A program made the position numbers and the translations under genes. The notes under the pieces are model-generated. The model searched no databases, was not told where the DNA came from, and was given only the letters and a program-made list of their open reading frames with translations. Positions 1 through 14,257 of a stretch of 64,000 bases of DNA are shown one piece after another. How positions within the stretch are numbered: the stretch's first letter is position 1; every line of letters begins with the position of its first letter. The stretch spans positions 2,108,001 to 2,172,000 of the forward strand of contig JAUFOQ010000002.1 of NCBI GenBank assembly GCA_040285855.1, written 5' to 3'. Origin of the DNA: Eukaryota sp. GEM-RC1 (taxonomy: Eukaryota).

Positions 1-382
1 GGACTTCGGCAGTAATTAGGTTGCCTTCAGTGTAGAATTTTCTCATGTTGAGTTCATCAAGAGCCGATCTACGACGTACTTCGGAAGAAGGGAGATTAAT
101 TGCTGAGAGCATGAGAACAGCATGTTGTCTTGCTCCCACATCTACTTTCCACCTTCGATTTGCCACTTCAACAACTCTTCCCACTACAATGTCTCCAACA
201 TCGCCTCTATAGCGAGATTTATAGGGTTGAACAGAGATAAGTTTGTTAAGTCTTTGTACAACACCAGTAAGTGCAGCAGTTAAATGATTGTCTTTCAGAT
301 TAGTACCATGACCTCTAAGATAGTCTTCTTCTGTGGTAATTAAGTCACCAGGAGTAACGATGATGTGAGAAGAATCAGTCAT
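1..382 (-). CDS. RRP4: Exosome complex RNA-binding subunit Rrp4 (EXOSC2), 5' part; runs off the window start
   Basis: Manual minus-strand translation from ATG at 382: MTDSSHIIVTPGDLITTEEDYLRGHGT...NKLISVQPYKSRYRGDVGDIVVGRVVEVANRRWKVDVGARQHAVLMLSAINLP..EVRRRSALDELNMRKFYTEGNLITAEV. This matches the Rrp4 N-terminal and S1 signature. Not in the ORF track. Confidence 0.93.
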   Translation of the reverse strand, partial: MTDSSHIIVTPGDLITTEEDYLRGHGTNLKDNHLTAALTGVVQRLNKLISVQPYKSRYRGDVGDIVVGRVVEVANRRWKVDVGARQHAVLMLSAINLPSSEVRRRSALDELNMRKFYTEGNLITAEV

Positions 383-737
383 AAGAGAAGTTTATATAAC
401 AAAATTTTTCCAGCAAATCCCTTGTCTCTAAATCATGTCCATTCTGCTATTCCATCACAGAAACCAGCATGTGTTTGTCATTAGTGTCTAGATCTTCGTT
501 AATCAAAACTCCTTGATCTACCCTTCTTAGTCATCTTGTTATCATCTAATCCAAACGACAATTTTGTTTTCTTTCTGCTCAATCTTGACCCCTGCCATTT
601 TCTGTCAATTAATAATGGTTCCTCAATGAAGATATCTCCTGTTTGTCACGTTATCTTTTCCAACTAAGTTAGAAATCTACTAAGGTCCAAGTCAAACTCT
701 CGTTCTTTCCCGGCATTCAAATATTAGTCCAATCACA

Positions 738-1325
738 ATGAAACTTCTACTCGGATTCCTTGTCCTGACCTCTATTGCTGTTGCATTAACTGATCCATCA
801 CGAGATTGTACCCTGTGTCATCGAACAATTAATGGAATTGTTCCCTCACACGTCAGAAACATGCACTTTGCTCAAGTATGTCTTTTAACTTCTTTTCTTT
901 AACCCTAGTTCTTCATGAACATGGCTTGTGATAGAATAATGGATCTCTCCGCCTCCTCCAGACAAACATGTAAAGACTTTATCCAGAAGAACCAGAACAA
1001 TCTAATGAGTTGGGTAGAGAACAAGACCGCGGCTGACGAGATTTGTAATCACATGGGTAAGTGTGTTACTCCAGGAGAGGAGACAGATTGTGATATCTGC
1101 CTTAGAACTGCAGGTAAGTTAGCTGAGATTATTCCAAGTATTTTGACTAAGGAGAAGTATGATGGTTTAGCCAAGGAGTTCTGTAAGACTTATGCATCTG
1201 CTTTGGATGTTAGTAATGATGAATGTCTTCATTTTATGGATAATGCTTCTTCAGGATTTTTACAGACAATTAATGAAGAAGGCTTCCCTCAGTTGTTCTG
1301 TTCACAGTTAGAGTTTTGTCATTAG
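738..1325 (+). CDS. Secreted saposin-like protein with two SapB domains, ~184 aa; exons 738-875 and 909-1325
   Basis: Signal peptide MKLLLGFLVLTSIAVA and two six-Cys saposin patterns (CTLC..C..C..C..C; CDIC..C..C..C..C). A 33-nt intron at 876-908 (GTATGT...TTTAACCCTAG) contains the in-frame stop. Confidence 0.85.
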
Positions 1326-1624
1326 GTACTCAATTAGACACTAGGATTAAATACAAGTAATGGAAAGTTTTTGTTTTTTTGTAGCTATGATTAGTTTTTA
1401 CCTGAAGGTATTGCAGTATATTTGATCTGAATTGATAGTCATCAGACAGGGACTGGCAATCTATTGCAATACATGTAGTATTACTATGGAATTTTGAATG
1501 TACATCAATAATTGGTATTGGTCAAATGTATTGCAATAGATTAGACCAATAACATCATCATAACATACATATCATAGTTACATAAGTTGAGATCCAATTT
1601 TACTAAATATTTAACGTTTTTGAC

Positions 1625-2288
1625 CATACCTGGAAAATACAAGAGTTGAACAAAATACAAATACACAAATACAGATACATATTAAAATACAAAATACAAA
1701 AATACAAACGCAATGGTGTTGTATTATCTGTATTTTTAGTAGTGCACATAGACAACAATGATGTTAATTGATGGCCTACATGTACATGTATTTAGAATCG
1801 TTTCTACTAATACTTAAGTTAAACTATAATTCCTTCAGTAAATAGAGACTGATCAATTGTCTCTCACTCCTGGTCAGACTCAAATCTGCTTTTCTTTCTT
1901 GTTGGTCAGGTTTTGGCACGTATTTTGTGTCCTGCTTTTGGAGAGACACATTCAAAGAGCAATTCTTCCTCCAATTATTCCTCGAAATAATCCAGTAGAC
2001 TACTGTAGTTTGTTCATCTATCTTCTGTTTTGGTTGCTAATAAACTACTACAGTTATTTCGTCTTGTATTTTGATTGATATCATGTTTGAATTTATTTCT
2101 TTAAATCTCATGAAGTAAAATTGGAGATAAGAGAACTACATGTACATCCAAAATAGGTACTTTACAGGTAAGTAAGTTCAAAATCATATTCCTAGAGAAA
2201 TACAGTATTTTAATACTGAAAAATAAAAAATACAAATACAGAAATACAGAAATACAGAAAATACAGAAAAGTGTATTTTCCAGGTATA
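1625..2288. mobile_element. Non-autonomous TIR element (hAT-like MITE)
   Basis: CATACCTGGAAAATAC ... GTATTTTCCAGGTATA inverted ends, flanked on both sides by TTTTGAC(C). Subterminal AAATAC repeats. Confidence 0.65.
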
Positions 2289-3249
2289 TTTTGACCATGT
2301 GACACTGATCACATGGTATAATTCGAATACAAATTACTACTAGTAGTACAATTAAAACATCCTTAATCACGGAAATGATGATGAACAATATCATCTATAG
2401 TAGTGGTAGCTTATATCTGTCTGCCCATTGGTAAAATAAAGGATTATTTAATATTGTTGCCAGCACACTACTTATCATAAGAAAATGTTCAATAACATTC
2501 GGTGTTTACTAATTCTAGAAGATCTTACACCCTACCCAGTTATTCTTGATGTAAACGGTATCTGAAAAGATAGCATATTTTAATTAAACCGTGTAATTTG
2601 CGTAGAAATGCAATCTGTTTGAACTGAAACAAATCTGTTCAACCAGTCTGCATTTCTGACTATAAAATACATAATATTATGTCACCTCTTAGTCACAAGT
2701 AGTGATTGATGAGATAGATCGCAGACATTACATCAGTGTTTTTGTTTGGTTTAACATCATAAACAAGTTCTCTCCATCCTTGGTCTTGCACTTTGTGAAT
2801 GCAACAACATTATAGTACCAACTTACAGGGGTATGAGGTTATGGTAATAAGTTAAGACTCATAACAATTAGCAAATATTATGATGTTAGGACCTAATTCA
2901 AGATAATACAAATAGGGACATTGTATTAGATCAATTCAGATCGAAAAAAGGTGAACTGGACTGATTGAACTGTCACACGAACTTTGGTGAATTCGTTCGG
3001 ATATGTTTTCTGTTCATCTCCTTAGTAGTTATAGTGGCTCAGGTTTATGTTTGGAATTACAAAAAATCAGTTCGAAGTGCTGGTGTGTGGAAAAATTGAA
3101 GTTTAATAAAACTGCGAAGCTATTTCTCCAATAATACCAAAGTTAGAAATACAAAATAGCAAATGGAACAAATAAATATTTTGATTGAGCTTAGTAACAA
3201 CATTGAAATACAAATTTGTTTTACGTGGTTAAATTCACCTATGTTGATC

Positions 3250-4143
3250 CAGGGATCGAAAAAATATATTGCAATATATTTCTAGCATAAAAAATGTACA
3301 ATAAATATATTGAAAAATGTGATCATTGCAATAAATATATTGGAAACTGAGATGATTGCAATAAATAATTGCAATATATTGCAATATTTTGGGTCAAATC
3401 TGGTCTGTGAAAATGTAGAAAACTGAGATGTTTTGCTGAAATTTAGTGACTGAAAATCAACCACTACTAGAACGTCAGCGCTTTTAGTCGGTTACCCTTT
3501 CAGATACATGCATAAGAACATTAATTATACTTCTTAACGTACTGTTAATCTCGACACCGCTTCTAATCATAATGTACGCTCACACTTCACAACACATCTT
3601 TCTACTTTGCTCTTCTGTTGGTATCAATACTTATTAACTTCAATGGTTCCTATGATGTGATGTACACACGTGTTTGAACTTTTCAGCGATTCGTCACCTA
3701 CGTATACCACGTTCATTACAGTCACTACATGATAAGACTTCCCGCTTCCTAAAACAGATTCTGGGCAGGGATCGAAAAAAATAAATTGTATTGCTGGGTG
3801 CCACTATGATTGGATCGTGTCTCTATTGATACGTAAATTAACACATGTACCAGTTTCCACAAATCTCATTCTTGGAGTATGTGGTGAGTGATGACAATAG
3901 AGATGTAGAGACCAACTGTAGGTCCCCTTTTAACTTTTTTTGTACTTGGAGTGGACATGTAGTAAAAGAAAGGGTTCTTATGAACAAGACTTGTTAGAGT
4001 TACTCTGCATAAATCTCGTTGTGACATATTGCAATAAACCCTTTGTTGCAATAAATATATTGCGCATCAAAAGACGTGCAATATTTATTGCAATATAATT
4101 TATTTCAATATATTGCAATACAATTATTTTTTTTCGATCCCTG
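3250..4143. mobile_element. hAT-like MITE, 894 bp, 8-bp TSD
   Basis: TIR CAGGGATCGAAAAAA / TTTTTTCGATCCCTG. TSD TGTTGATC at 3242-3249 and 4144-4151. An extra internal copy of the TIR lies at 3766. ATTGCAATA subterminal repeats. Confidence 0.88.
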
Positions 4144-4603
4144 TGTTGATCACATAAGTTTGAACACACGGATATAATGTTGTAACATCAAGGATAATTT
4201 GACTGGAATCAATCAATAAAGGGACCATGTAGTGAAGAATTAAATATTAAATCAAGACCGAACTTACAGAATAAGGGTTCAACTTTGCCACGAGATCCAT
4301 AAACTGAATAGCAGAGTGGAAAACACGTTTCAAAAAAAGCGTAGGTTAAAGAAAATGTTACAATGAATATAGAATCCCTTGTGCTTTGTACATTGATTAA
4401 AGAAACAACGAACAGTAAACTACAGAAAAGATGATCAGTTCGTTTAGTTCATGGAGGTGTGAACTGAAATAATCAACATCCCTCAAACAAATAAAAAGCA
4501 TAACTAAAACAAGATATCTGAAGTGAAGCTACACGGACGTTTTGCAGTAAGATTTGTATATCAATAAATTAACAATTTGTTTGTAATAGTGATCACTAAT
4601 AAT

Positions 4604-5744
4604 CTAAGGTTCACCCTGATACATACCTGAAGGTGTTGGTGAAGGCTGATCAATGCTGTTGTTATTGACCACAACGGTTGGCTGAGGAGCTGATTGGATG
4701 AGACTTTGAGTCTCAGAAGAAGACGAACGATTCTTACCAATGTAAGCGGCCACCATGCAAACACATATCGAAATAGCAAAAAGACACACACTAATAATAG
4801 CCAGTGGTTGACCCCAATTAGCAGGATACTTTGTTTCTTCAAAAGTGATATCATGAGCTTTGTTTTCCTCAATTTGTGTACCCTCTAAAATTATCTTCTC
4901 ATCAGATCCACGAGTAATAGGGACAATACAATATGGATCTTTCTCGAGTTGACATACGATTTCACATTTGGAAACATCGAAAGTACGCAAGAAGAAGTTG
5001 AACACGACATCTCCATCTGAAGAAAAAACAGAGTACTTGTTCTCAAGTACCCAGAAATAAGCATCTGAGTGACTGGCTGTTAGCCTATTAGAAAATTCCT
5101 TCATATTGAGAACAGCCTGAGACATAATGTAGAAGAAGGAGTTCCCTTTAGTGTACTTCTTCATGTTTTCCTGTCCACGCAGAATGTAGAAATCAATTGG
5201 TCTGGATACAAACACAGCGTACTCCACATCTAAAGTTAAGAGGAGCACGAAGAAACACACATGACTGGGGATTGAGATTGAGTTGATAGTATTCAAACTC
5301 CTTACCAGGTACCAATACAGGACGATTCATCTTGATACCGGTAAACTCATTGTTGTAGTTCGGGATACCATTACATTTGTAGACTTTTCCAGTATAGAAG
5401 TTGTTCCAATAATCCTTATCCTTAAAGCGAACTTCAGACACTTTGGAGGTATCCAAGTCAAAAAGCAAAGTTGACTTAGGGACGACTGAGAGAACACGGT
5501 CACTGTTGGAATAGCTGCCGGCTATCAGTCCAACAACAACAAGAACAATCAAAACCAAGACAAAGTAGCAACAATAATTATAAGATGCAGGACTCCAATA
5601 CCAAACAGGAGATGGACCGAACCAAGAAGATGAATAGAATCGAGGACCTCCCCGATGTTTAGAACTGTGATTCGAACGTCCATGCCGGCGTCTTCCAGAG
5701 CCAAGAGAGCGAGCAGGGACTTCACCACTGCGACTACCGTTCAT
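4604..5744 (-). CDS. Two-TM membrane protein resembling the APD1-4 N/middle-domain family, with no RING seen; exons 5744-5261 and 5229-4604
   Basis: The two ORFs join in frame through a 31-nt intron at 5230-5260 (GTGTGT...CTTAACTTTAG), giving LNPQSYVEYAVFVSRPIDFYILRG. Hydrophobic segments lie near both ends. The family call is from pattern resemblance only. Confidence 0.6.
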
Positions 5745-6024
5745 GAAGAGAGATTGAAGAAATTAGTGTCAAATTAGATTGATTTGGTTACCTCAACTGA
5801 TGGATGGATAGTGATACATGTAGCTACAGTGTAATCACATCAAGTCCACTATTTTTATACAAATCACCAAGTATCACAAAGGCCATGATGACATTAGGTC
5901 CATCTGGAAATATGACCATTTTAGTAACAAGGAATTTTAGTATCAATTGCGATCACCTCAATGCTTTCAGAGACCACTACTGACTCATTTGCTGGATTCC
6001 AGATAGACTCTATTAGAATGATAA

Positions 6025-7455
<1,431 letters not shown>

Positions 7456-7793
7456 TAACTTCACTCCATTTGTAATAAATAATTAATTTCACTTTATGTA
7501 AAGAAGAAGAACATTTTTTGCAATTAGTAGAATATTGATGAGCAGTTGTGGCCTGATTCAAGGAATTTGCACTTAAACTACTACACTGTCGTTATGTCAC
7601 TCATACATTACTAATTGACGTTAATAAGGATGCTTAATGAAAAACATCAACATTGCAGTAGAAACAATGAGTGTCAGAATGTGTTTTCTTTAATTAACCA
7701 ATTGAATCATTTGAATGTTGCAAATGAACCGTATTTGTATTTTGTACTAGTTTCTATATCGAAGTTTGAATATTTAATAAGCTGTATTTTGTG

Positions 7794-8664
7794 CAGGGCC
7801 TACGGAAAAATATTTAAATAAAATATGGCAAACTTTTTCTTGAATAAATAAATATGAGTTATTCCCGATGAAGAAAATAAATAATTGCAATTATTTAAAT
7901 TATTTATTCAATGGAAACAAGGATACTACAACACTTCACAGACGTGATCTAACACAAACACTAGTACCTCTCCAGGTTTTGTGTGTTCTTATAACTTCCT
8001 AGATCGGTTTCAGTGTTAAGAAGGAATGATTTTAATGTAGACACAGTGTTCTATTCAACGAGAATGTGGTCAAACCAAAGCGATGTTATTCAACAGTTAC
8101 CGAACAACAGCAAACACATTTTCACATATTTGGATAGTTTCAGGGTTGGAAGAATACAATCAATACCACGGGATTAGCGGTTTTGTGTTACGATGAGTAG
8201 AACTTTTTAAACCGATTTGGTCTGGCTCTGTTTCGATAGGGGAATGAACTTTGTCAAGCCCAGAAAGGAAAAACGCCATGTATTTGCACAAGATACCATC
8301 AATATTTACAAAGGAGCTACCAAGACCACTACATCATCTCATATTCATGCTCAATTCTAAGAGATAGTTTAAAATTGAATCAAAAATAGTTCAGAAAGTG
8401 TACTCTTTTCTACTGCAATGAGTGCTGTATCTAGTCGCAGTACATGATAAAGACCGTACTGACGTTGCAGAATGTGACGAACTGCAACATGTTGCAGTTT
8501 TCACCTTTATAGGTTGTCCAGTGAGAGAGCAAAAAAATATAAAAATAATTTTTTATTTTCTGTTTTAATAAAATAAATAATGGAGAAACCCAACTTGAAA
8601 AAATAAATAAAATATCATTATTTACTGTAAATATTTAAATACAGATATTTTTCCGTAGGCCCTG
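7794..8664. mobile_element. hAT-like MITE, 871 bp, 8-bp TSD
   Basis: 20-bp TIR CAGGGCCTACGGAAAAATAT / ATATTTTTCCGTAGGCCCTG. TSD ATTTTGTG at 7786-7793 and 8665-8672. A diverged second copy starts at 63419. Confidence 0.92.
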
Positions 8665-9128
8665 ATTTTGTGAATTATCTTCTAATGCTTCGTTTTAAAC
8701 ACCCCTAATGATAGTCAAAATGTAGTTTTTACTAAAAACTCCATTGACCAACAGCGTAATAGACTGGTACCAAATTTAGCGATTAAGATGAACTGTTGTA
8801 AAATTGATAGCAAAATCAAAGTCTAAATAAATAAATGTCATTTTAGTTCTGACACCTCGCTCCTCTATCGGTTTTGCTAACCATGTTGTAAAATCATGTT
8901 CTTTTAAAAAGTACATACTACATGATATGATGTGAATTGAAACACCGCTACAACCAGAATGAAAGCTGTGATATAAATGTGGTCCAGTGGGCAATCAATC
9001 CCAATTGGTTGGTTGGAAACAATAGTTGAGAAATCAGTGAACGGAAATTGGTGGTTGATCAAGTCTATTTGCTCAAAAGACGGACTCAAATGGTTATATG
9101 AAATTAAATTTTGCTACATTGTTTCGTC

Positions 9129-12100
9129 ATGGATCCCACCTTGTCTCGAAATCTTAGAGATCGCGGGGTCAGTGATGACTTTATCTCCCTGCTGGAAAAA
9201 AATGCTGTGGTGACGTTCCAAGACTTAGCTGATGTGGTGGATGAAGACTGTTTACCGCCTGGAACATCAATGGACTTTGCTAGAGTCAAAAAACTGGTCC
9301 GAGCACGGGCTTCTGGTCACATTTCAGCTCCATCAAGAAACATTGTCGAAATCAACAACAATGAAAACGAAGCTCAATCTCCACCTTTTCGAAAGCCACG
9401 AAATGAACAAACACCAGTCCAGATACCTATCACCGTTCCAACACCAACACCTACAACAACCAAGAAGCCAATCTCGACTACACTCCAAGTAAAATCAGCT
9501 GGTGTACTTCCTCTCCGTTACACTGGCACTTTTCACGAATGTCTCCTCGCATGTGAACATCGAGAAGGATCTCTTTGTCTCAACTTCTTTGGAGGCGGTC
9601 TCAATTCTCTCGAGTCACCAAAAGATGGCGCTGTCCGTGAATTCCTAGAAGAATGTTCACTAGATCGTAATCATGCTCTTTCAACCTATCTCCAATCTGC
9701 AGAGATGAAACGAACACATCTTCCTCATGGAAAGTATGAGATGTTTGTCCTGGATATATCAACTGTACGCAATGACTATGCAAAACTCTTTTCCAGTTTG
9801 AATTCTGCCTTCACTCCTAATTCTGAGGTTAAAGGTGTACATTGGGTTACTTTGGATGATCTTCTTACGGCCTCTGGATCTGTTGGATATCCTTTTTCTT
9901 CATTTATTGTCAATTCACGTCCAATCCTCCATACTTTTCTTTCTAAACTACTTCTTGATCTACCTGTCAACGACCTCAAAGAGGATAAAATCTTGCCCAA
10001 ACACTTTCAACAGTTATTAACTGAACAACGTACTGAACTGGGCAAGTCTTTAAAGAAGAAATCATTACTTGATTGGTTTCCAAACTTTAAAGAATGGAGA
10101 TTGAAGAAGTTTGATCTCTTCTTGCCAAAAGATGAGGATCTTTCCCCATTCACTGTTGTAACTAAGAACGATGCACCGTTTGCACCTTTATTACAACAGC
10201 TGTCTCTACCCCAGCAAACTTCTCAACTTATCAGCACAATTAGAAAAGTAAATGTACCAGCTAGAAAATCTGCTTTTGACCAACTCTGTAGCAAATCAAA
10301 TCAAAGTTCTATTATTAAAGTATTCCATGGTACTCCTGAATCCTGGAGAGCTACTGCTATCGCTTTGAATGGTTTCGACTTGAAAATTAAGCTAGTCGGT
10401 AGAGCTTTTGGTGATGGAGTCTATTGTACAACTGATTCCAATCAAGCTTTATCTTACTCAAAGAGTCGCGGTTCGTTGTTGAGATGTGATGCAATGCTTG
10501 AAGCCAATTCTAAGAATGTCACTCCCCAAAGTAGACCTCCTGTATACGTGTTTCCTCAACCTCATCACGTGTTACCTGTATTGTTACTGGACTTTACTCC
10601 TGACAACTCAGCATTGTCAAAGAAGACGTTGACTGCCAAGCCAAAGCAGGATAAGATAATTGAAGCTAAAAGAAAACAGATGGCCAAGGAAGAGAAGGTT
10701 GTTGAAAAGGAATTGGAAAAACGATATGGTTCCATGGTTAAAAATTTTAAAAGTAGGATTGATCATCTTGCGAATTTGTTCTCTAGGACTCCTGATGAAA
10801 GTGCTAAACTCTACAAACTCTTAAAACAAGAATCACGATATTTCGAATCAAAATTGCCCATCTACTATCACCGATCTCAAATTGTTGACGCTTTACATAA
10901 CAATAACCTCCTAATTGTTGAGTGTGATACTGGTAGTGGGAAGAGCACAATGATTTGTCAATACGTGCATGATTACTATCAAGAGCTCTCAATTGGTAAA
11001 GGTGATTCTGACAAACGAAAGATCGCTATTCTCCAACCTCGCCGTGATAACGCTATTCAGCTAGCTTCCACCGTAGCTCAGTCTAGACACGGAGTTTGTG
11101 GTGATGAAGTGGGATATTCCATTGGACTAGGGTCTCAATGTACAACTGATAATACCAAGATTGAGTATTTGACACATGGGAAATTCCAACAAATGTCTGT
11201 CAATGCGGATAATGTTTTGAGGAATTTCAAATGTGTTATTGTCGATGAAGCTCATTTCAGAAGTATTCAAATTGATTTTGTGTTGAGTTTGTTGAAGCTA
11301 GTAATTGACAAAGCCAGAAATCAAAATATTTCTGATTTTAAAGTTATCATTACCACTGCAACGTTTGATAAGCAATTTCTCAATCTTTTAAATAATTTCT
11401 ATTCATCTGTTGCACAAGTTGAAATTCTCAAATTCAACATCCCTTCCTATCCCGTTCTTGTTCATAACATTGACGTCTTTGGCGATAATTACGACCAGGC
11501 CTTGGCCCATCTTTCCTTTGATTATTTCTCTAACGCCATAATCAATGGAGCTATCGACATGACAGTTAAGTTGCTTCAGTCTACCACTGACGGTGCAATC
11601 CTTGTGTTTTTACCCTCCAAATCTTCAATTGACAAAGCCTTATCTGTCTTCAAGTCAAAGTTTATGTCACATCATCAAGGATCTAACTCATTGACCTTCA
11701 CCGACAATCACTTCTCTTTCCTTGTTGATACTAAGAGTAAAGCTCAACCTCAAGTAAGAGTTGGGATATACGCTTTCCATGGAACCCTAACTAAAGCTGA
11801 AAGAACTCGAGCATTAGAAGCAGCTGAAGATCGTTGTGTTTACTTCAGTACAGACTTGGCAGAGACTGGCCTTACTATTAGAGATGTAAGATATGTAATT
11901 GATAGCGGATTTACTCAGAACGTAAGGTGGAATTCCAAGTCAAACATGGAAGAAATGACTCGGGAGTTAGTATCGAAGTCCAGTGCTATTCAAAGGAAAG
12001 GCAGAGCGGGGAGGACTAAGTCTGGGATTTGTATCAGACTGTATCCTGAATCTGTCTTTGAAAAAATGAAAGATGGACATGAACCAGCGATCAAAACAGG

Positions 12101-14257
12101 GCACGTTTTGAAATCAGTTCTGTCGTTTTTACATCTACAATCAACTGTCGCTGATTTTGAACTGATTGATCCCTTCCATGCACAGGTTTACCAAAATTCT
12201 GTTGATTTGTTGCAAAAGTAGAAGCGATTGTTGTCAACAACAATCGAGTTAAGATCACTGCCAATGGAAAAATCATTCTTCAATTGGGAGTATCTTTTGA
12301 AAATTCGTTGTTTTTAATTAATTCAATCAGAAATAACTGCTTAGAATCAGCTACAAAGATTGTTGCCTTGATGGTGTCTAATAGCGGAGCTTTGCTATCT
12401 CAGTTGGATAGTTCTACAAAACCCAAATTTTTAAATATGAGAGGCGACCACTCCACATTATTAAATATTTTCAACACTTATTTGACAAAGAGCTCAAGTG
12501 ACAGAAATCGCTGGTGTCGTGATATCGGATTGGACCCTTCTATACTAGACGATGCACGTGTCGCCTTTGATCATTTGACTGATACTCTTAGTCGTTTAGG
12601 TTACCCGGTGCAGGATAAAATTGATACCACGAAAGGTGATATCCATGATCATATCACGTGGACTTTGTGTTCCACATTTTTTAATAATTTAGGAGTTTTC
12701 AAGGAAGCTGGAAATGTCTCAAAGCAGTTCGTAATGTTTGATGAATCTGACCTTGCTTCTGTTGAGCAAGTTGATCCCAATCGAAATGATTCTGTCACGT
12801 TGGCTCTCAGTCACTCATCACTTCAATTCTGGAAGGATGAAGAGCTCTCGCCTAATGCTAATTACATTGTTTTCTCCTCGTTGATGTCCAATGTCACCCA
12901 TGATCCTGAAACTAGAGAGAAAACCTTTAAGAATTCTATCAATTTTGTTTCTTTCTGTACCACTGAGGACTTGGTCAGGAGTAGTCCTCAATGGAGAGCG
13001 GCAACCCTGGAAAAACAACTACAGAAGTTTTCTCGTGTCCGTTTTGACATTCCAATCACTCCAGATCAACAACGACTTCTTCTTTCAAATAGAGGTGAAC
13101 ATGTTAAGATACTAAAACAACAAATCAAGCGTGCTGATATCAGAATCACAAAGTCTGCCACTGGGCAAAATCAAGTCTCAGTTTCTTGTCCTTCAGGAGT
13201 CAAACATCACGTGGAGCGCCGTGTTGGAGAGTATTTGGACTCGCAAAAACCAGAAGTGATTGTCTTTAAGAACTTAGAAGGGGTTGACTTTGGTAAATTT
13301 ATTGGAAAGAAACGTTCAGCTGCTAATGATTTGGAGGCAAAGCTTGACAAAACACTGGAATCTATGGTATCTAAACCTTCAAAGGTCAAACTTGATATCA
13401 TTTCTAATCAAAATGAGCTCAGAGTCACAATCCCCAACATCCCTCCCCAGTTCACTTCAGTAATTGTTGGTTTGGTGCAGTCGGCGCTTGCTTCTTGTGT
13501 TACTGGAACTACTACCGTAGATCTATCTAATATTTCTTCCTCTGGATCTTTCTCTCAACATTTAAATCAAAATCCAAGACTGCTGAAATTAGTTTCGTCT
13601 GTTGTTCCTCGACCAAATGACAATAACAGAAACAATTGGGTTCTTCTCGTTGCTCACGTTGCTATTTGGGAAATTGGGTTGTCCTTATATGGTGGCTTCG
13701 TACGTGACTACGTCATCAGAAATCAACCAGCCAATGACGTGGACTGTTTAGTACCTCCTTCTTTAATGGGAAAAGTTCCATCAATGTTTAAACAGGCTCT
13801 CTCTAAGTACAATATTTCTTGTGGTTCACCCAGAACTAAAGGAAACGCTCATTGTATTGATGCGACTCTTCCTGATGGCAGTAATCTTGAAATTGATCTT
13901 ACACCATCAGATATGAAGATTCAAAAGCCCTACGTTGATGCTGATATTAATAACCTCATGGTTGACAAAACAGGATTGTTGCAGAAGATTAAAGGAGCTG
14001 GAGGTAGTCTTTGTAATCTTGCTGTATCAATCCAACATTGTCAAAACAAAGAGTTTGTGTTTTTCTATTCCTGTCAGGTGGACCCGAAAATGTGTGAAAG
14101 ACGGCTTAAAAAGATGTTGGGTAAGGGTTTTACTTGTTTATCACCTTTGCCTAGCTCAATGACACGGAAATTGACCAATTTCAATCAGTTGTTGAAACCA
14201 GACAAACAGTTTGATGTTAAATTTGACAATCTTCCACCGCATTTACAACTCCCTTAA
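9129..14257 (+). CDS. ~1700-aa multidomain protein: SAM-like + NUDIX + PARP-like ART + DEAH-box RNA helicase (HA2/OB) + two KH-like + Pol-beta/CCA-type nucleotidyltransferase; one -1 indel at ~12219
   Basis: Nudix box GGLNSLESPKDGAVREFLEECSL (~9594-9660). PARP motifs FHGT, GRAFGDGVY and VYVF..HVLP (~10310-10595). Helicase motifs DTGSGKST, DEAH, TAT, STDLAETGLTI and QRKGRAGR. Adding one base at ~12219 gives a continuous HA2-like LLQKLEAIVVNNNRVKITANGKIILQLG. KH-like segments LLSNRGEHVKILKQ and FIGKKR. NTase motif YGGFVRD..ANDVD at ~13690. Confidence 0.88.

Noticed and set aside
12186..12230. Programmed frameshift or intron at the helicase gene break
   Set aside because: An intron here would delete the helix leading into HA2 and lacks the local branch consensus. 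Similar single-base breaks occur in SEY1, the kinases and the array, which points to sequencing indels.
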